Positions 39,050 through 52,180 of a DNA stretch of 64,000 bases are shown here, in pieces (within the stretch, counting starts at the first letter, position 1; every line of letters starts with the position of its first letter). The stretch spans positions 360,164 through 424,163 of the IMG/VR virus record IMGVR_UViG_3300037455_000543; one strand, given 5' to 3'. The stretch is from a virus (lineage: Duplodnaviria; Heunggongvirae; Uroviricota; Caudoviricetes). The notes beneath the pieces are model-generated. The model saw only the letters and a program-made list of their open reading frames with translations, was not told the origin of the DNA and searched no databases. The position numbers and the translations under genes were made by a program.

Positions 39050-40112
39050 AGACGGAAAGTTTACTGAAACCAATGACCTTAGGAATTCTATATTCTTAGC
39101 TGGTCCGTGTCCGAGAGAAAAGGATGATTTTAAAAATGACTGGCGTTTTCAGGCATTTGAAATTTTGAAGGACCTTGGTTTTGACGGAACTGTAATTACT
39201 CCGACTAATCAGGATTATCAGGATTACCGCAAGCATGACCATAATGCCTTGACAGTACAGACGAAGTGGGAATTTGAGACCATGAAGAAATGTTCTGCAT
39301 TGGTTTTCTGGATTGACCGTTCTGATAAACATCCGGCAATGACTACCAATATTGAGATCGGTGATTGGTATGATAAGGAAGGTGTGTATGTAGGTTGGCC
39401 TAAGGATGCACCGAAGAACGACTATATCGAAATTCGTCTCAAGATGAGAAAAGAAAAGAAAATCTATAATGATTTGAGAGAAATGTTGAAACAGGTCGTT
39501 GATGACTTTAAGAGACCTGCACAGATGTTCTTTACTAGTGATACGCATTTTGGTCAAGAAGCTACACGTAAGCATTCCAGACGTCCGTTTGTCGATGTTG
39601 ATGATATGGATTTGTCCCTTATTTCTAACTGGAATAAGAGAATTACAATGAATGATACTGTTGTACATGCTGGTGACTTTGGCGATATCAAGAAGATAAA
39701 GGAAGTCATCGGAAATCTTAATTTCGGTAAACTGATCTGGGTCATGGGTAACTATGACAGAACTGAGGCATTATTTATCAGACAGATTATTAAGGAAACT
39801 AAGAGAGATATTGAACTTCGTGACGACTATTCGTTTACACAGAAAGATAAGAATGGTAAGCCAGTAACATTTTATGTAGTTCATGAACCTAAAACATTTA
39901 CTATTATTAAATCTGGACATGAACCGACTTATCCTAGCGAATTTGTCTTGTTTGGCCATATCCATGGTAGAGGTCAAGGAAAAGAAAACGGCACAGATGT
40001 CGGAACTGATTGCCATGGATATACGCCTATGTCTATGGATGATGTATGGTGGTTCCATAATGCATGTCAATATTGGGATGATAACGTATTCTATCCAAGG
40101 GCAATAGTATGA
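39027..40112 (+). CDS. nucleoside 2-deoxyribosyltransferase-like domain fused to calcineurin-like phosphoesterase
   Basis: N: IFLAGP...WR...WE...FW...TNIEIG; C: DTHFG, GDF, GNYD, HEP, GHIHG. Confidence 0.8.
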   Translation: MKILKPIKDGKFTETNDLRNSIFLAGPCPREKDDFKNDWRFQAFEILKDLGFDGTVITPTNQDYQDYRKHDHNALTVQTKWEFETMKKCSALVFWIDRSDKHPAMTTNIEIGDWYDKEGVYVGWPKDAPKNDYIEIRLKMRKEKKIYNDLREMLKQVVDDFKRPAQMFFTSDTHFGQEATRKHSRRPFVDVDDMDLSLISNWNKRITMNDTVVHAGDFGDIKKIKEVIGNLNFGKLIWVMGNYDRTEALFIRQIIKETKRDIELRDDYSFTQKDKNGKPVTFYVVHEPKTFTIIKSGHEPTYPSEFVLFGHIHGRGQGKENGTDVGTDCHGYTPMSMDDVWWFHNACQYWDDNVFYPRAIV

Positions 40113-43100
40113 GTGAATATGAAAAAACATACAATCATATTAAAGCAGTAGTAAAAAAGTTGTTAGATAACGGAACAACTTTCGTTGTTGCAACTCAGTC
40201 ATTTAGATATAATAGTGACGGTATACCAGAACCACGACTTCCTATGCCATCAAATGAAAACGTCTTTTTTATTGATTATGATAGTTCATTTAGATAGTTA
40301 AGTTTAATATAGGGTTTACAAAAACCCTATATTTTTTTATATTGTATATTATGCGTGTATTCAAAATCGAAACATTTGATAGTGCAAGCAGAATGGCTAA
40401 GTTTATCAACGAAATGGAAGAAGATAAAGCAAAAGACATTCAGATTGTTCAAATTGTAAGTAGAAGAATCGCAGATATATGTAATGTTTATGATTTATGT
40501 TATTGGGAAATTACTAAAAAGAGAACTAAAAGATGCAAATAATCAAGAAAATTTTAGCTTTTTTCTATAACAAGGAATATAAGCAATTAAAAAAGTTTAT
40601 CCGTGTAATCGGACCTCATGTTGTTACATTCTATATTGTAAGAAAGACAAAGAAATATCTTGGTGGTCTTATAGAGTTGAATGCAAATGTTTTATGGGAC
40701 GATTACGATTCTAAAAAAGTGTCTGATGAAGAAAAGTATTATATGGACATGAGCGTTCATGCTGCTGCATTTACGATTCTTGCAACGGAATGGAAAACTA
40801 TGATAAATCATATTGAACCGGAGGCGGTTAATGACTAAAGAAGAACTTATTGCTGAATTACAGAAAATTGAAGGAAATCCGACCATTGGTATTGGGTTAA
40901 ATAAAGCATGGGGTAAGTATTGTCTAGCTATTAGTGGCATTACTCCATTATATAATCATGATGGCCATAAGGTAGAAGGCGTATCAGTTTTAGAAATTAA
41001 CGCTGAAGATGCTCATCCAATGACACAAGAACAGCTTATGGTTCGTAAGCAAATTTCTCTTAGTAAGAAATATGGACCGTTAGTTAATTGTAGTATTGAT
41101 GAACGATTCTGGGCGGTAAATGGTCCATGGCTAGATAAATGGAACAAAGAAAAAATTGAAATGCTAGAAAACAAGATAAAGCAGTTAGAAAATAAGTAAT
41201 ATCAATAGGGTTTACAAAAACCCTATATTTTTTTATATTATATTATATGAGTATTTCCGTATTTAATACCAAAAAATTCAAAGAAAATTTATTTTATGTT
41301 CGTTCATTGAACGCAGTTGTCGTTGCAATGATACTTTTACCAGTTCTTATATATTTTTGTGCAGAGTGCCCAATACAAGGAGTTGGTGAACTTCTTTGCT
41401 TCTTTGGTCTAAGTTTAATGATTTTTGGAATGCCTATTATAGGTATTGTTGCTTTTATAAATGATACTACTGGTCCGACAAATAGCACAGTAAGAATTAT
41501 ATTATCAATTTTATTAGCGCCCACAATTATTGTTGTGGAACCAATATACAGGCTGATTTATAAATGTTTATACGGTAGAGCTTACAAACGACAAGAACTT
41601 TATAGAATGGTAGGAGAATTTAAAGGTGTTTAGTATTTTTGGTCATAAGAAAGATAAATATCCTTTACATGATGAAGCACATATTGTCCATAATACTGGG
41701 TGGTTTAGTTCATTTAAAGGCGAAAAAGACGAATTTCATCAGAAAATTAAAAAAGCTCTTAATTTTATAAATGTCAATAAGCTTGAACAGACTAAAAAAC
41801 AATATGCTATTATTGAATTTGAAAAAGAAGATGTAGTTTTAGTTCTTGGTAATTATCGTGGAATGGCTATGGTTAAGAAATACAATAATCCTGGTCATCC
41901 ATTAGAAAAAATGCTTGATTATACATGGGAAACATGTTGGTTAAGTTATGGCTTTGATTATAAAGAAAGCACTATCTATAAATGGTATATCACTCCGTTG
42001 CCTGAAGTTATTGTAAAAGGTGTATTTGAAGATATGTATGCAGTAATGCATAATGTAAATGACATAATGGGTAATAAGCTTACTTATATGTTTGACAAAT
42101 ATACTATAAAAGATAATGTATAGATAACTGGAAATTTATGTAACTATTAAACCGTTTACAAAAAACGGTTTTTTTATTATATTTTAAACCATGAGAGAAT
42201 CTAAGAAAGATAAGCGTGAGCATGATTATGGCAAAGTTCATCGTTTTGCCCGTCATATTCATAATGACCCTAATATTAAGTCTTATGATATAAAGTCTGA
42301 TTTAATTGATGAACTTTATGAGAAACTTCATGTCGACGAAAAGCTAGATTATGTTGAATTCTGCCGTTATCTTCGTCATATTGGCGTTAATAACCATGGG
42401 CGTGCTAATATTAAACATGACCGTGCCCGTAGAACTCTTGGTATTCGTAAAATGATTCAAAAGAAACGTGAACGTTCTATTAAAAAGACAGAATATAAAG
42501 AAAGTAAAGATGAGTAAGCACCATTATTATATTTCAGTAAAGAATCAATTTAATGCAGATTGCACCATTTATTGTGGAACTAATCTTCCCAAGATGGCTA
42601 AAGCCTATGCAAAGCTTGAAAAATTCCGAGATTACGGTTATGACATCAAGCTTGATGAAGATTTGAATTACGATCCTGACTGTGGTGCATTTACCTATTA
42701 TAAGGATATTTTTGGCAAAGAACCTGAAGAAGGGCTTAACGGAATAGATTTTCAAAATTGTTTACTTGAAATTAAACGAGAATTCGGAAAAGAAGCGGAC
42801 TAATGAACGATAAAGATACTATTACTCTTGAAGCTAAGTCTATCGATGACATCAAGTTTGAAATTTCCGGTAATGATTTTATTTCCGGGAAGTATAACAA
42901 GATTCGTTGGGAGCCGAAACATAGAACACCTGATGATGGTAGTTTGACTTTTCATGGCATCTATAAAGATGATTTTCTTTATTTGTCTATTCGTAAGCAT
43001 GGCTTTATTGAAACAATTGATGCCCATAATAGAATTCCCAAGGATATTCTTGAAGGACGTAAATTTTTGGTTTATGTAACGCCTTATTTAGGTTTTCACA

Positions 43101-43126
43101 ATGTTGAGTATGAAGAATTAATGTAA
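40109..43126 (+). CDS. run of ~9 hypothetical genes
   Basis: Coupled ORFs; hairpin-promoters at ~40310, ~41205, ~42148. Confidence 0.6.
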
Positions 43127-43209
43127 TGGAGTATTTAAGTTGAAAGAATATATTGTTGTCATTTCCATAGCAATAATCGTTATTGCACTTGCAATTATTA
43201 AGGTTTAAT

Positions 43210-43701
43210 ATGCAGAAACTCTATTGTTTTAGTCGAAAAGGTTTTAATTCCTTTATGTTTGGCAAAGGATGGACAGACGAAACTCTGCCCGATAATGTTG
43301 CTGTTATCTCTATTTGTTGTACAGAACCGGTTAAGAACAATCTTTTCACTAACCATTATGATGGTAGTGATGATACACATCGTTTTTCGTCCAGAAACAA
43401 CGTTCTGAACCTCGATTTCGATGACATTAATGAAGAAGTAAGACATTGTGACGAAGGTTATATTGCGACCAATATAACGAAAGAACAAGCAGATGAAGCG
43501 GTCAAGTTTATTGAAGCTCATAAGGATTGTGATTTTTACATCCATTGCAATGCAGGAAAATCCAGAAGTCAGGCTTTCGTAAAGTATATCATGGAACAAT
43601 ATCCGGATATTGAATGGGAAACGAATCCGTTTAATCTGTGTCTTTATCCGAATGTCTATGTTTCTAATATGCTTAAGCGTTCTGCAAGGGAAGTATTATG
43701 A
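43210..43701 (+). CDS. protein-tyrosine/dual-specificity phosphatase-like
   Basis: FDD acid loop and HCNAGKSRS (CX5R). Confidence 0.85.
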   Translation: MQKLYCFSRKGFNSFMFGKGWTDETLPDNVAVISICCTEPVKNNLFTNHYDGSDDTHRFSSRNNVLNLDFDDINEEVRHCDEGYIATNITKEQADEAVKFIEAHKDCDFYIHCNAGKSRSQAFVKYIMEQYPDIEWETNPFNLCLYPNVYVSNMLKRSAREVL

Positions 43702-46700
43702 TAGCTGATGAACTTAGAGAGATTCAAAATAAAAGATACAGCTTAAATCCTGACTATTTTAATGACTGCGTTAGATATATTAATAGAGATTTAAGAGCGT
43801 TTGCAAAAGAGCATAGAGAAACGACTCTTCAATATCCTATTCTTAAGGGCGAATTTATATTATACAGGCAAGATTCAAACTATCTGCCTGGTGATACTGG
43901 AATTTGTAAAGTTTCTATTGATATGTTTGACGCATTATCTGAATATTATCATAAAGAAGGCATTACTGTTACGTGGATATATGATCGATATCAGAAAAAC
44001 GGTAGTATAGCATTTACATGGTAATTTAAGGAGAAAATATGGGTTTAAAGAATTTTTTATTCGGAACATATTGGTTTGTTCATTATAAGGCATATAAGGA
44101 AAATAGTGGTCTAGGACCACGTATAGAAGGTTATATAACGGTCAATACTTCTGCGACTGGTCATAATCTAGTTAAATATATTAAATCGCAAGTAATGTTA
44201 GAATTAGAAGACGAAAGTTGTAAAAAAGTTATTATTACTAATATATCAAAGCTGGAGTAAAAATGGCTATATATGTTCCTGAAGGTAGAGAACCGCCATA
44301 CTATGTTGATTCTCGTGGCTGGCGAGAATCTAAAAATGGACCTATATATCCAACCTTAGAAGAAGCTAATCGAGCTAGACGAATGAAAGGTAATCCATAT
44401 TACAGTTCATTAACAAAAGAAGCAAATATATCTGCAATATGGATTATTATTTTTATGCTAGTTCTTATTATATTTGCTGTAATAGTAATTTAAATAAAGG
44501 AAATAAAAATGGCTGAATTGTTTAAAAACCAGGATTATACAAGTCGTGGATTTCCATATAAGGAGTTTACGGATAGGTATGGTGCAACTTGTTCTATGCA
44601 GATGAGTTCTATTGCAACTGAACCATGTCTTTGGTTAGGCGTGAATCAAGAACAGTCTGAGCAGTTTAAAGAAAGGTTTAAATCTTGTCCTTATACAAGA
44701 ATGCACTTGACATATGAGCAAGTTCAAAAATTGGTTGAAGATTTACAAATGTGGTTGGATAATGTCGAATAAAACTTTAAAAGAACTATATGGCGATTTT
44801 TGGAAAGAGTTTCAGAAGTTCATTACAGAAGTGTCTTTTGGAATTTTATGCTTATTTCCAATACTTTTATTCTTTGCATATTTGTTTGTTTTAGGTGAAG
44901 AAGTACCTGCAACATTAGACTGTATATTGGCAGTTGTATTTAATCTTGTATATGTGCCATTGCCTGCATGGCTATGGGTGCATCGACATTATAGTTATAC
45001 TGTTCCAGAGTATGTATTAGCAGTTTTAAAGTTTTATTTTTGCACATGTCCACTACTCATGGTGATGATATGCGTTCCATTCTTGGTGCTATTTTTACCA
45101 ATCTGGGTATCTATATTGATGGTATTTTTATTAGGCTGTTCAAAGACTGTAGGCGCAATAGTTATAGTGAGCGGAATTGTGCTTAATGTGCCTTGGGGAC
45201 CTTTTGGGACATGGCTAATGAATAAGATATTCGATCTTTGTCCAAATTAAGTTTACAAAACAATAAAAAATTACTATATTTAATAAAGAGGTAAATAAAA
45301 TGAAAGAAATGGGTGAAGTTGTAATATTTATTGCTATTTTATGTGCATTACTTATTGCTGGTTTAAAGATTGCTGGTACTTATAGTGCTAGTTATTTTAC
45401 AGAACAAACTGGATTGGAAGCAAAGTGTAATGTTCTTTCTGAATGCTATGTAAAGCAAGATTCATCTTGGATTCCATATAAGGTTTGGGCCTTGCAGCAG
45501 CAGGGAAATAAGGTTCAGCTTATTGACTCGAATAAGTAATATGATAAATATTCTTAAAAAGATAAATGTATTTGATTGCGATTCTTTTGCAAAATATATA
45601 TTCTGGTTAATCTGGGATCTAGGTTTTGCAATATTCGATTTTATAGTAACGCAGGGTATAATAGGATATAGTTGTGGTATATTGATGTGTGGATGCTTTA
45701 TAATACATTTAAAACGTTTCATTGAATTTAGACGAGAACAAAAAGAAAAAGTTAGACAGTTAGTTAATGATTTTATGGATTGGTTTCCAGAACATTATAA
45801 GAAAATGAAAGAACAGGAAAATAATGTCTGATTTTCTATCAAAAAATGAAATGAAAAAACATAAAATTAGGGAATTGGAAAAACGATTCCTTAATTTTGA
45901 TTTATCGGGTTCTGACAATGATGGGATATTAGAATCTTCTTGGTGTAATTGTAAAATTACAGAACCTAATAATCAGAAGCTGTATATTCATATTTCTAAT
46001 CTTTTTGCAAATACCGTATATCCTGAAGGATATAAAATAATGAGCATATCTCCTGATAAGGAATCAGCGGTTCATTTAGCAAATAGTTTGGTTTTACCTA
46101 AACCGATTTATGTTACAAAGGTTTTGTTGCCAAATAATAAAGAAATATGCAAAGGTGATTTGTTATTCAAGTATAAGGAGTTACCAAAGACTATATTTTC
46201 TAAAATGTTCAATAGCCAGTCTTGTTATATATCGTATAATACATATAGAGAACTTGACTATTTTGTAAATTGGTTTAGAAACGATTTTAAGTGTGGTGAT
46301 AATATTCCAATGGGTAAATTATTCGCGGCACATAGACGTTATCGAGAAGAAAGAAAAACAGTAAAATTTATGCCTTATGATTTTTTAAATGTATATGAAA
46401 AAACAGATACATATTTGTATGTATAAATAAATATCTTATGTTATTTTGGTTTTTAATAATTTGTTGGATTGTAATGATTATCACGACTATCGTGGGTGTT
46501 TATAATATTGCAAAGTTGAAAATGGAGTTTATTGAGAAATCTGCATACATTTTACCGGTTGTAGTTTTATTCTGTGCAGGTTCTTACTGTTTTTATAGGC
46601 TTATAATAGGTAGTGTATGAGGAAAAATCAAAAGTTTACACCGATTAGCATTGCAGCAGTAAAAAAGATTTGTGAGGAAGCAGGTCTTTTATCAGCGGTC

Positions 46701-47280
46701 TCTGAATTTGCTAAAGGTATTGTAGGAGATTTTGAAAGCGAATGCTCAGCAACTATTGGCTACGGTTTAGATAAAAGAACTGCGGCCGATGCACCTGTTG
46801 TCTTGATTTATGAAGACAATACATTTGAATTGAATCAAGATCCTCATATTTGTAAAGATACATATAGAGACGGGACAACTGAAATATTCTATGAATGCGG
46901 AAGTCAGAATAATTATATAGGAAGTGTCGAAAGATTTAAAAAGTTTTTCTATATTGCATTAGAGAAACACAAAAAAGTTTACGAAGAATATAAAAGGTTG
47001 GTTAAACATGGATAATTGTAGATGCCCGACTTGTAGGCATATTAAAGGCGAGATTTCTAATGAAGAATATGCTTGGTATCTTAAAGGTTGTATCGAGACA
47101 GCAACAAGAATTTTAAAGACTTATGATAATAAGAATGAGAATCAGACAATCTCATGGAGAACTGCAGCACAATATGAGCTAGATAACCAAGTGTTATCGT
47201 TAGACCAACTAGTTGAAGCTATGGATAATCCGGATCCAGCATTATTACATCCGGAAGATTACGTTTTAAAAACAGAATAA
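43698..47280 (+). CDS. run of ~11 hypothetical/membrane genes
   Basis: Coupled ORFs. Confidence 0.6.
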
Positions 47281-48191
47281 TGAAATACTTTGTAATATCA
47301 GATTTACATTTTGACTTTTATGAAGCGTATGCCGTAGAACCGGCACGTTTGAAGAAAGCTGATCCTCCAGAAGATGTAACAATCGACACTCTGGAGTATA
47401 TTTGGAATACTCATTTCCTTCCTGAAACAGAAGGTATTATTCTCGGCGGTGATTATTCAAACGATTATTTGCGTTTCTCTCGATTTATTCCTTGGATTGC
47501 TAAAAAATACAAGGAAGTTTATCTCGTATTGGGAAATCATGATTTAACATGTCGTGGACTCGCCACTAGTTCTAAGTCAAACTTGCAATTTACTTGTACT
47601 GAACAAAAAATTGCAAAGATGAAAGAAATTTGCGACGCTATTCCTAATATACATTTCCTTGAAGGTAATGTAGTCAATGGAATTGGCGGTTGTATGGGCA
47701 TGTGTGATTTCAAGTGTGAAATTCCACATTATGGCTTAGATCCATTCACTAACTGGAAGCGGAATTGGTATGACGGTAAATATTGGCGTTATTTCCGTCA
47801 AGAACCTGGTGCAATCTGGAACCATTATGAAAAGATGATGATGGACATTGTTCAACAGAAGCCAAAAGTAATGGTAACTCACTTTATGCCTATTCAGTTG
47901 GGAATTCCTCATGAGTATCGCAATGACCCATGGAATTATGTTTTCTATTTCAATGCTGAAAAGTTCCTTGATGAACTTGATGATGAAACATATTGGATAT
48001 GTGGTCATACTCATGGCAAGAGGATGGCTGAATATGTAAATGCTAAAGGAAATTTAATTCATATCATGTGTAATCCTTTTGGATATCCAAACGATTATAT
48101 GCCATACTGTGATATTCTTGATTATACCGGAGAAAAATTACAACGGCTTGAAACTCGCAAGACACATGAAGATTTTATTATAGAATTTTAA
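47280..48191 (+). CDS. calcineurin-like metallophosphoesterase
   Basis: SDLH, GGD, GNHD, THF, GHTH, NPFGY. Confidence 0.9.
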   Translation: MKYFVISDLHFDFYEAYAVEPARLKKADPPEDVTIDTLEYIWNTHFLPETEGIILGGDYSNDYLRFSRFIPWIAKKYKEVYLVLGNHDLTCRGLATSSKSNLQFTCTEQKIAKMKEICDAIPNIHFLEGNVVNGIGGCMGMCDFKCEIPHYGLDPFTNWKRNWYDGKYWRYFRQEPGAIWNHYEKMMMDIVQQKPKVMVTHFMPIQLGIPHEYRNDPWNYVFYFNAEKFLDELDDETYWICGHTHGKRMAEYVNAKGNLIHIMCNPFGYPNDYMPYCDILDYTGEKLQRLETRKTHEDFIIEF

Positions 48192-48204
48192 TTTAAGGTG
48201 AATT

Positions 48205-48783
48205 ATGAATACAGAATGTTTAAAACTTTTAGGTAATTTTACAGGTGAGGATGAAGTTAAGTTCTTACGATATGTTTCTGTAATGGGCGTAGAAAATAAG
48301 TTTGAACTCGGATGGGTTTGGGGTGGTTTGTCAACTTTTAAGAATGATTTTAATGAATCGAATGAAAACGAACTCAATCAGTTCATATGGGATAATGTTA
48401 AAAAGATTGCAGTAAAATCGGTCTTTAATGAAAAAGACTATAAGGATAGTAGAATATTAAGTCCGTTTATATTTACCCAATGTAATACATTAGCAACGAC
48501 AACTAGAAGAACCTCTGGAAATACAATTGTATATAATAACCAGTTCAAACCATATCTTGAAAAATTAGCACCTGTTTATAATAGCGAGCTAGATTCTTTT
48601 AACAATGTCATAAACTGCTATAATTCGCATCTGGACGGAGAAAAACCTGAAGCTATAATTACATATGTCGGAGCCAAAAATACTGATTCTGGACTAGGTT
48701 ATGTGCAACAGGGGAAAGGTTATGAATTTTTCTTCGATGTTCCAGGTGCAGACAAATATTATAGGTTAATTACTATTGAGTAG
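48205..48783 (+). CDS. short protein resembling C-terminal part of T4-type major capsid gp23
   Basis: NTLATTTRRTSGNTIV, YVGAKNTDSGLGY, KYYRLI recall gp23 motifs. Confidence 0.45.
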   Translation: MNTECLKLLGNFTGEDEVKFLRYVSVMGVENKFELGWVWGGLSTFKNDFNESNENELNQFIWDNVKKIAVKSVFNEKDYKDSRILSPFIFTQCNTLATTTRRTSGNTIVYNNQFKPYLEKLAPVYNSELDSFNNVINCYNSHLDGEKPEAIITYVGAKNTDSGLGYVQQGKGYEFFFDVPGADKYYRLITIE

Positions 48784-48792
48784 GAGGATAAA

Positions 48793-50117
48793 ATGGCTAA
48801 TGAAACAAAACCAACAGTAAGAATCAATTGTTGCAGTCTACCGTTATTGATTGGTATAACGGGCGCAGTCTGTGTAAGCTGGATTTTTAATCATTCTGTC
48901 TTATGGGCAATTTTACACGGTTGTCTTAACTGGTTCTATCTTGCTTATAAGGCTATTTGGTACGTTGTGACCAATTTTTAATTGTAAAAGGTTATGAAAT
49001 GATAACTAAAGAAGAAGTTGAACAGACTCTGGACAGCTATAAAAAGCTTGTTACACGTGCCCAGCATGTGTATAATCGTCTTTATACTGAGTTATACAGT
49101 AAGTATGGTAGAAATCAATATGATGCTGAGCCTGAGCTTTTCCTCGGTATCGAAAGCGGATATGATCTGCAAGTCAAGCCTTCGGATTATCCGGAAAATA
49201 TTGATTTCGGTACTCCTGACCATGATCGCGACGGTGATTATATCGGTTTTTGCACCTTTAAAAAGGAATTCCTTTATAACGATGAAGCACTAACTGAATA
49301 TATCAAGTCTGAAATTGAAAAGCATGAAGAAGTACAGAAGCGTCAGCGTGCAGCGGAAGCAGAGAAACGTAAGCGTGCTGCAGAAAAGAAAGAAGCTGAA
49401 GAACGAGCGCTTTATGAAAAATTAAAAGCTAAATATGAAGCTAACTAAGATAGTCTTATGAAAAAGAACAAATGGATTTCTGTAAAAGATAAATTGCCAG
49501 ATACGAATAGAAATGTTCTTGTCGTATCTTGTGGAAAGGTATGTATTGGTGATTTTGAATCAGTAATAAATAAGCAGTGGTGGGTAAACGATAGCGAAGG
49601 TTATCATAAGACCATGGCTGTTACTTACTGGATGGAATTACCAGAACTACCAGAAGATTAACATGTATAAAATTAAAAAACATAAAGTGAGGAAAAATAA
49701 AATGGGTGTAATCGAAATTTGGTCGATTCTAGCAGTAGTATTGCATTTCTGTGGCGTTGGCGCCTTCGCGGAATGGCCTGTAATCGCAGGTCCGTTAACT
49801 TGGAGTTGCCTCTGCCTTGAAATATGGGTATTTATTGTTTATTTCGTAATACTTGCCCTTGTATTCTTAGGCGCAGTATTCTCGAAAAAGTAATCAAAAA
49901 TTTACAAATTAAAAAATGACCGTTGACAAGACGGTTATTTTTTATTATATTTTATAATATGGGTAAAAAGAAAGAAAAAGAGCCTGTAACGCCAGATTAT
50001 ACAGTCTATATCGAGGTTTGGGATTCTGACAGGAAACCTCATAGATATAAAATCGATAAAGACGGCGAATTTACAATTCGTGGCGGAAATGCTGTTGAAC
50101 CTAAGCAGGGAGAATAA
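48793..50117 (+). CDS. five small genes (49458-49661 DUF551-like)
   Basis: WISVKDKLP...VTYWMELPELP in 49458 ORF. Confidence 0.6.
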
Positions 50118-50118
50118 T

Positions 50119-50622
50119 ATGTCAAGGACAAACGGATTATATGTTGGTTCATTTGACCCGCTTACTGTTGGTCATATGGATATTATTAAAAGAGCTGCAA
50201 AACTATTTGATTTGCTTTATGTAGGTATTGCCACCAATTCTACAAAGAACTATTTATTTACCGAACCCGAACGTTATAAGATGGTTCAAGAAGCAATAAG
50301 ATATCAAGGAATAGGCAATGCTTCAATTATTAGTGTTCCTGATCAAATGACGACAGATGTAATGATTAACTATAATATTCAGACATTGGTCAGAGGAGTT
50401 CGTAATTCTAAAGACATGGAAGATGAATATATATTGAATCAATATTATACGAATCTTAAGTATGATATGGAAGAAATTATATTGTTTAGTAGATTTCCAG
50501 CTGTTAGTTCGACATTTGTAAAAGAATGCATTAAGTATGGTAAATTTGAACGCCTTGATGAAAAATCGCTATTTGTACCAGCTAATGTGTCAAGTATGAT
50601 TTTAGATAGATTTAAGAGATAG
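50119..50622 (+). CDS. coaD: phosphopantetheine adenylyltransferase
   Basis: YVGSFDPLTVGHMDII.RA..LFD, LVRGVR, VSSTFVKE. Confidence 0.85.
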   Translation: MSRTNGLYVGSFDPLTVGHMDIIKRAAKLFDLLYVGIATNSTKNYLFTEPERYKMVQEAIRYQGIGNASIISVPDQMTTDVMINYNIQTLVRGVRNSKDMEDEYILNQYYTNLKYDMEEIILFSRFPAVSSTFVKECIKYGKFERLDEKSLFVPANVSSMILDRFKR

Positions 50623-50626
50623 TAGT

Positions 50627-51256
50627 ATGGCAAGAAAGAAAAGCGAAAATTGTTCTGATGTTATTCAGATTCTTGGCGGTGCAAATCATGATACCGTTCG
50701 AGAAGATGAAGATTTCTATGCCACTCCTACAATGGCAGTTCAAAAACTTATCGATTCTTTCGGTCCTGTATTGAAAATCGATAATGCAACGATATTTGAT
50801 CCGTGTGTAGGTAAAGGTCATATCTTAAAACCGTTCAGGGACCAGAAATACAATGTTGCTGGAACAGATTTAATATCAAGAACTGATTTATGGGATTCAC
50901 ATATTGAATATCAAGGCGGTCAGGATTTTTTGAGTAGAATAGAACCTTTTCATGGTTGTAATATCGTAACAAATCCGCCATATAAGATTTGTCTTGATTT
51001 CGCTAAGAAAGGCATAGAACTTATTGACGATAATCGTTACATGTGTATGCTTCTTAAGATTCAGTTCCTTGAAACCAAAGCAAGATATGAATTCTTCAAG
51101 AAATTTCCACCAAAGTATATCTACGTATTTGTAAATCGAATTGGTTGTATTCCAGGTGGAGAAAGCGATGTCAATAAGCCTTCTGCAATTTGTTATGCTT
51201 GGTATATCTGGCAGAAAGGTTATATTGGAGATCCAATGGTAAGGTGGATTGCCTAA
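50627..51256 (+). CDS. DNA N6-adenine methyltransferase
   Basis: DFYATP, DPCVGKG, DFL, IVTNPPY. Confidence 0.85.
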   Translation: MARKKSENCSDVIQILGGANHDTVREDEDFYATPTMAVQKLIDSFGPVLKIDNATIFDPCVGKGHILKPFRDQKYNVAGTDLISRTDLWDSHIEYQGGQDFLSRIEPFHGCNIVTNPPYKICLDFAKKGIELIDDNRYMCMLLKIQFLETKARYEFFKKFPPKYIYVFVNRIGCIPGGESDVNKPSAICYAWYIWQKGYIGDPMVRWIA

Positions 51257-52151
51257 TGAAAAAACTTATATTTCCTGAACCTGAAAAATTTAAACAGATT
51301 TGTCAAGAAGTAATTCAGACAACGCCGAAAATTGATGAAGGTGGTGCATGGTATATTGATAATTATAAATTGAAAAACGGATTATTGATGGATATTGAGT
51401 TTTATCCACCAATGGCTTATAGTGTAGTAGATCGAGATTATAATGGCGTATTTTTTGTAAGTGTAGGACCGGAAGGTGCATGGTCTGATAAAAAAGTACT
51501 TAAACAAAAACACACAAATACATTTAAAAAGTTTAAATCGATTTTACAAAAGGTAATAAAAGAAAATGTGTGAATTCTGTACAAAAGTAGTTCATGAAAG
51601 AATAGATGAATTTGAAGAACCTAATTGTGTAATGATTAGGCGATGGTATAAGTCTGAATTTGTATATGATGAATTAGACCGAGACCGTCGTGATGAATTT
51701 TATCTATTTGAACGTAGACATGAACCCATGAGTGTTCAAAAATCACCAATATGGTATTTATCAACACCTGGTAAACTTTTATTTCCTGTCAGCAACTGTC
51801 CAAAATGCGGAAGGGACTTGGTATAATTATATGAGAAACGATATTGGATATGTAAGTTTTACGAATGATGATTTTGAATTGCAAGCATCATTTAGCAATG
51901 AAAGATCTGCACAGTTTTTTGCCGAATACTTGAAAACTAAATATGGCGAAAATAACCAGACTAAAACTGATTTTCGTGGAATGCCATTCATGAAATTCAA
52001 GATGGATGACAAGAATGAAATTGTATTATGTGGAAACCTAGTTGCCAGCCTTCAATGCATTTTGTCAGACTATATAAATGTATTGATGAATCCGATTCCT
52101 GACTATAAGTATAATCCGGATAATAATATTATTAAAACGATAACATGGTAG
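51256..52151 (+). CDS. three hypothetical genes
   Basis: Coupled ORFs; 51566 has CxxC...CPKCG. Confidence 0.55.
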
Positions 52152-52180
52152 ACTGATAAAAATAATTTTATTTTTAAGGG

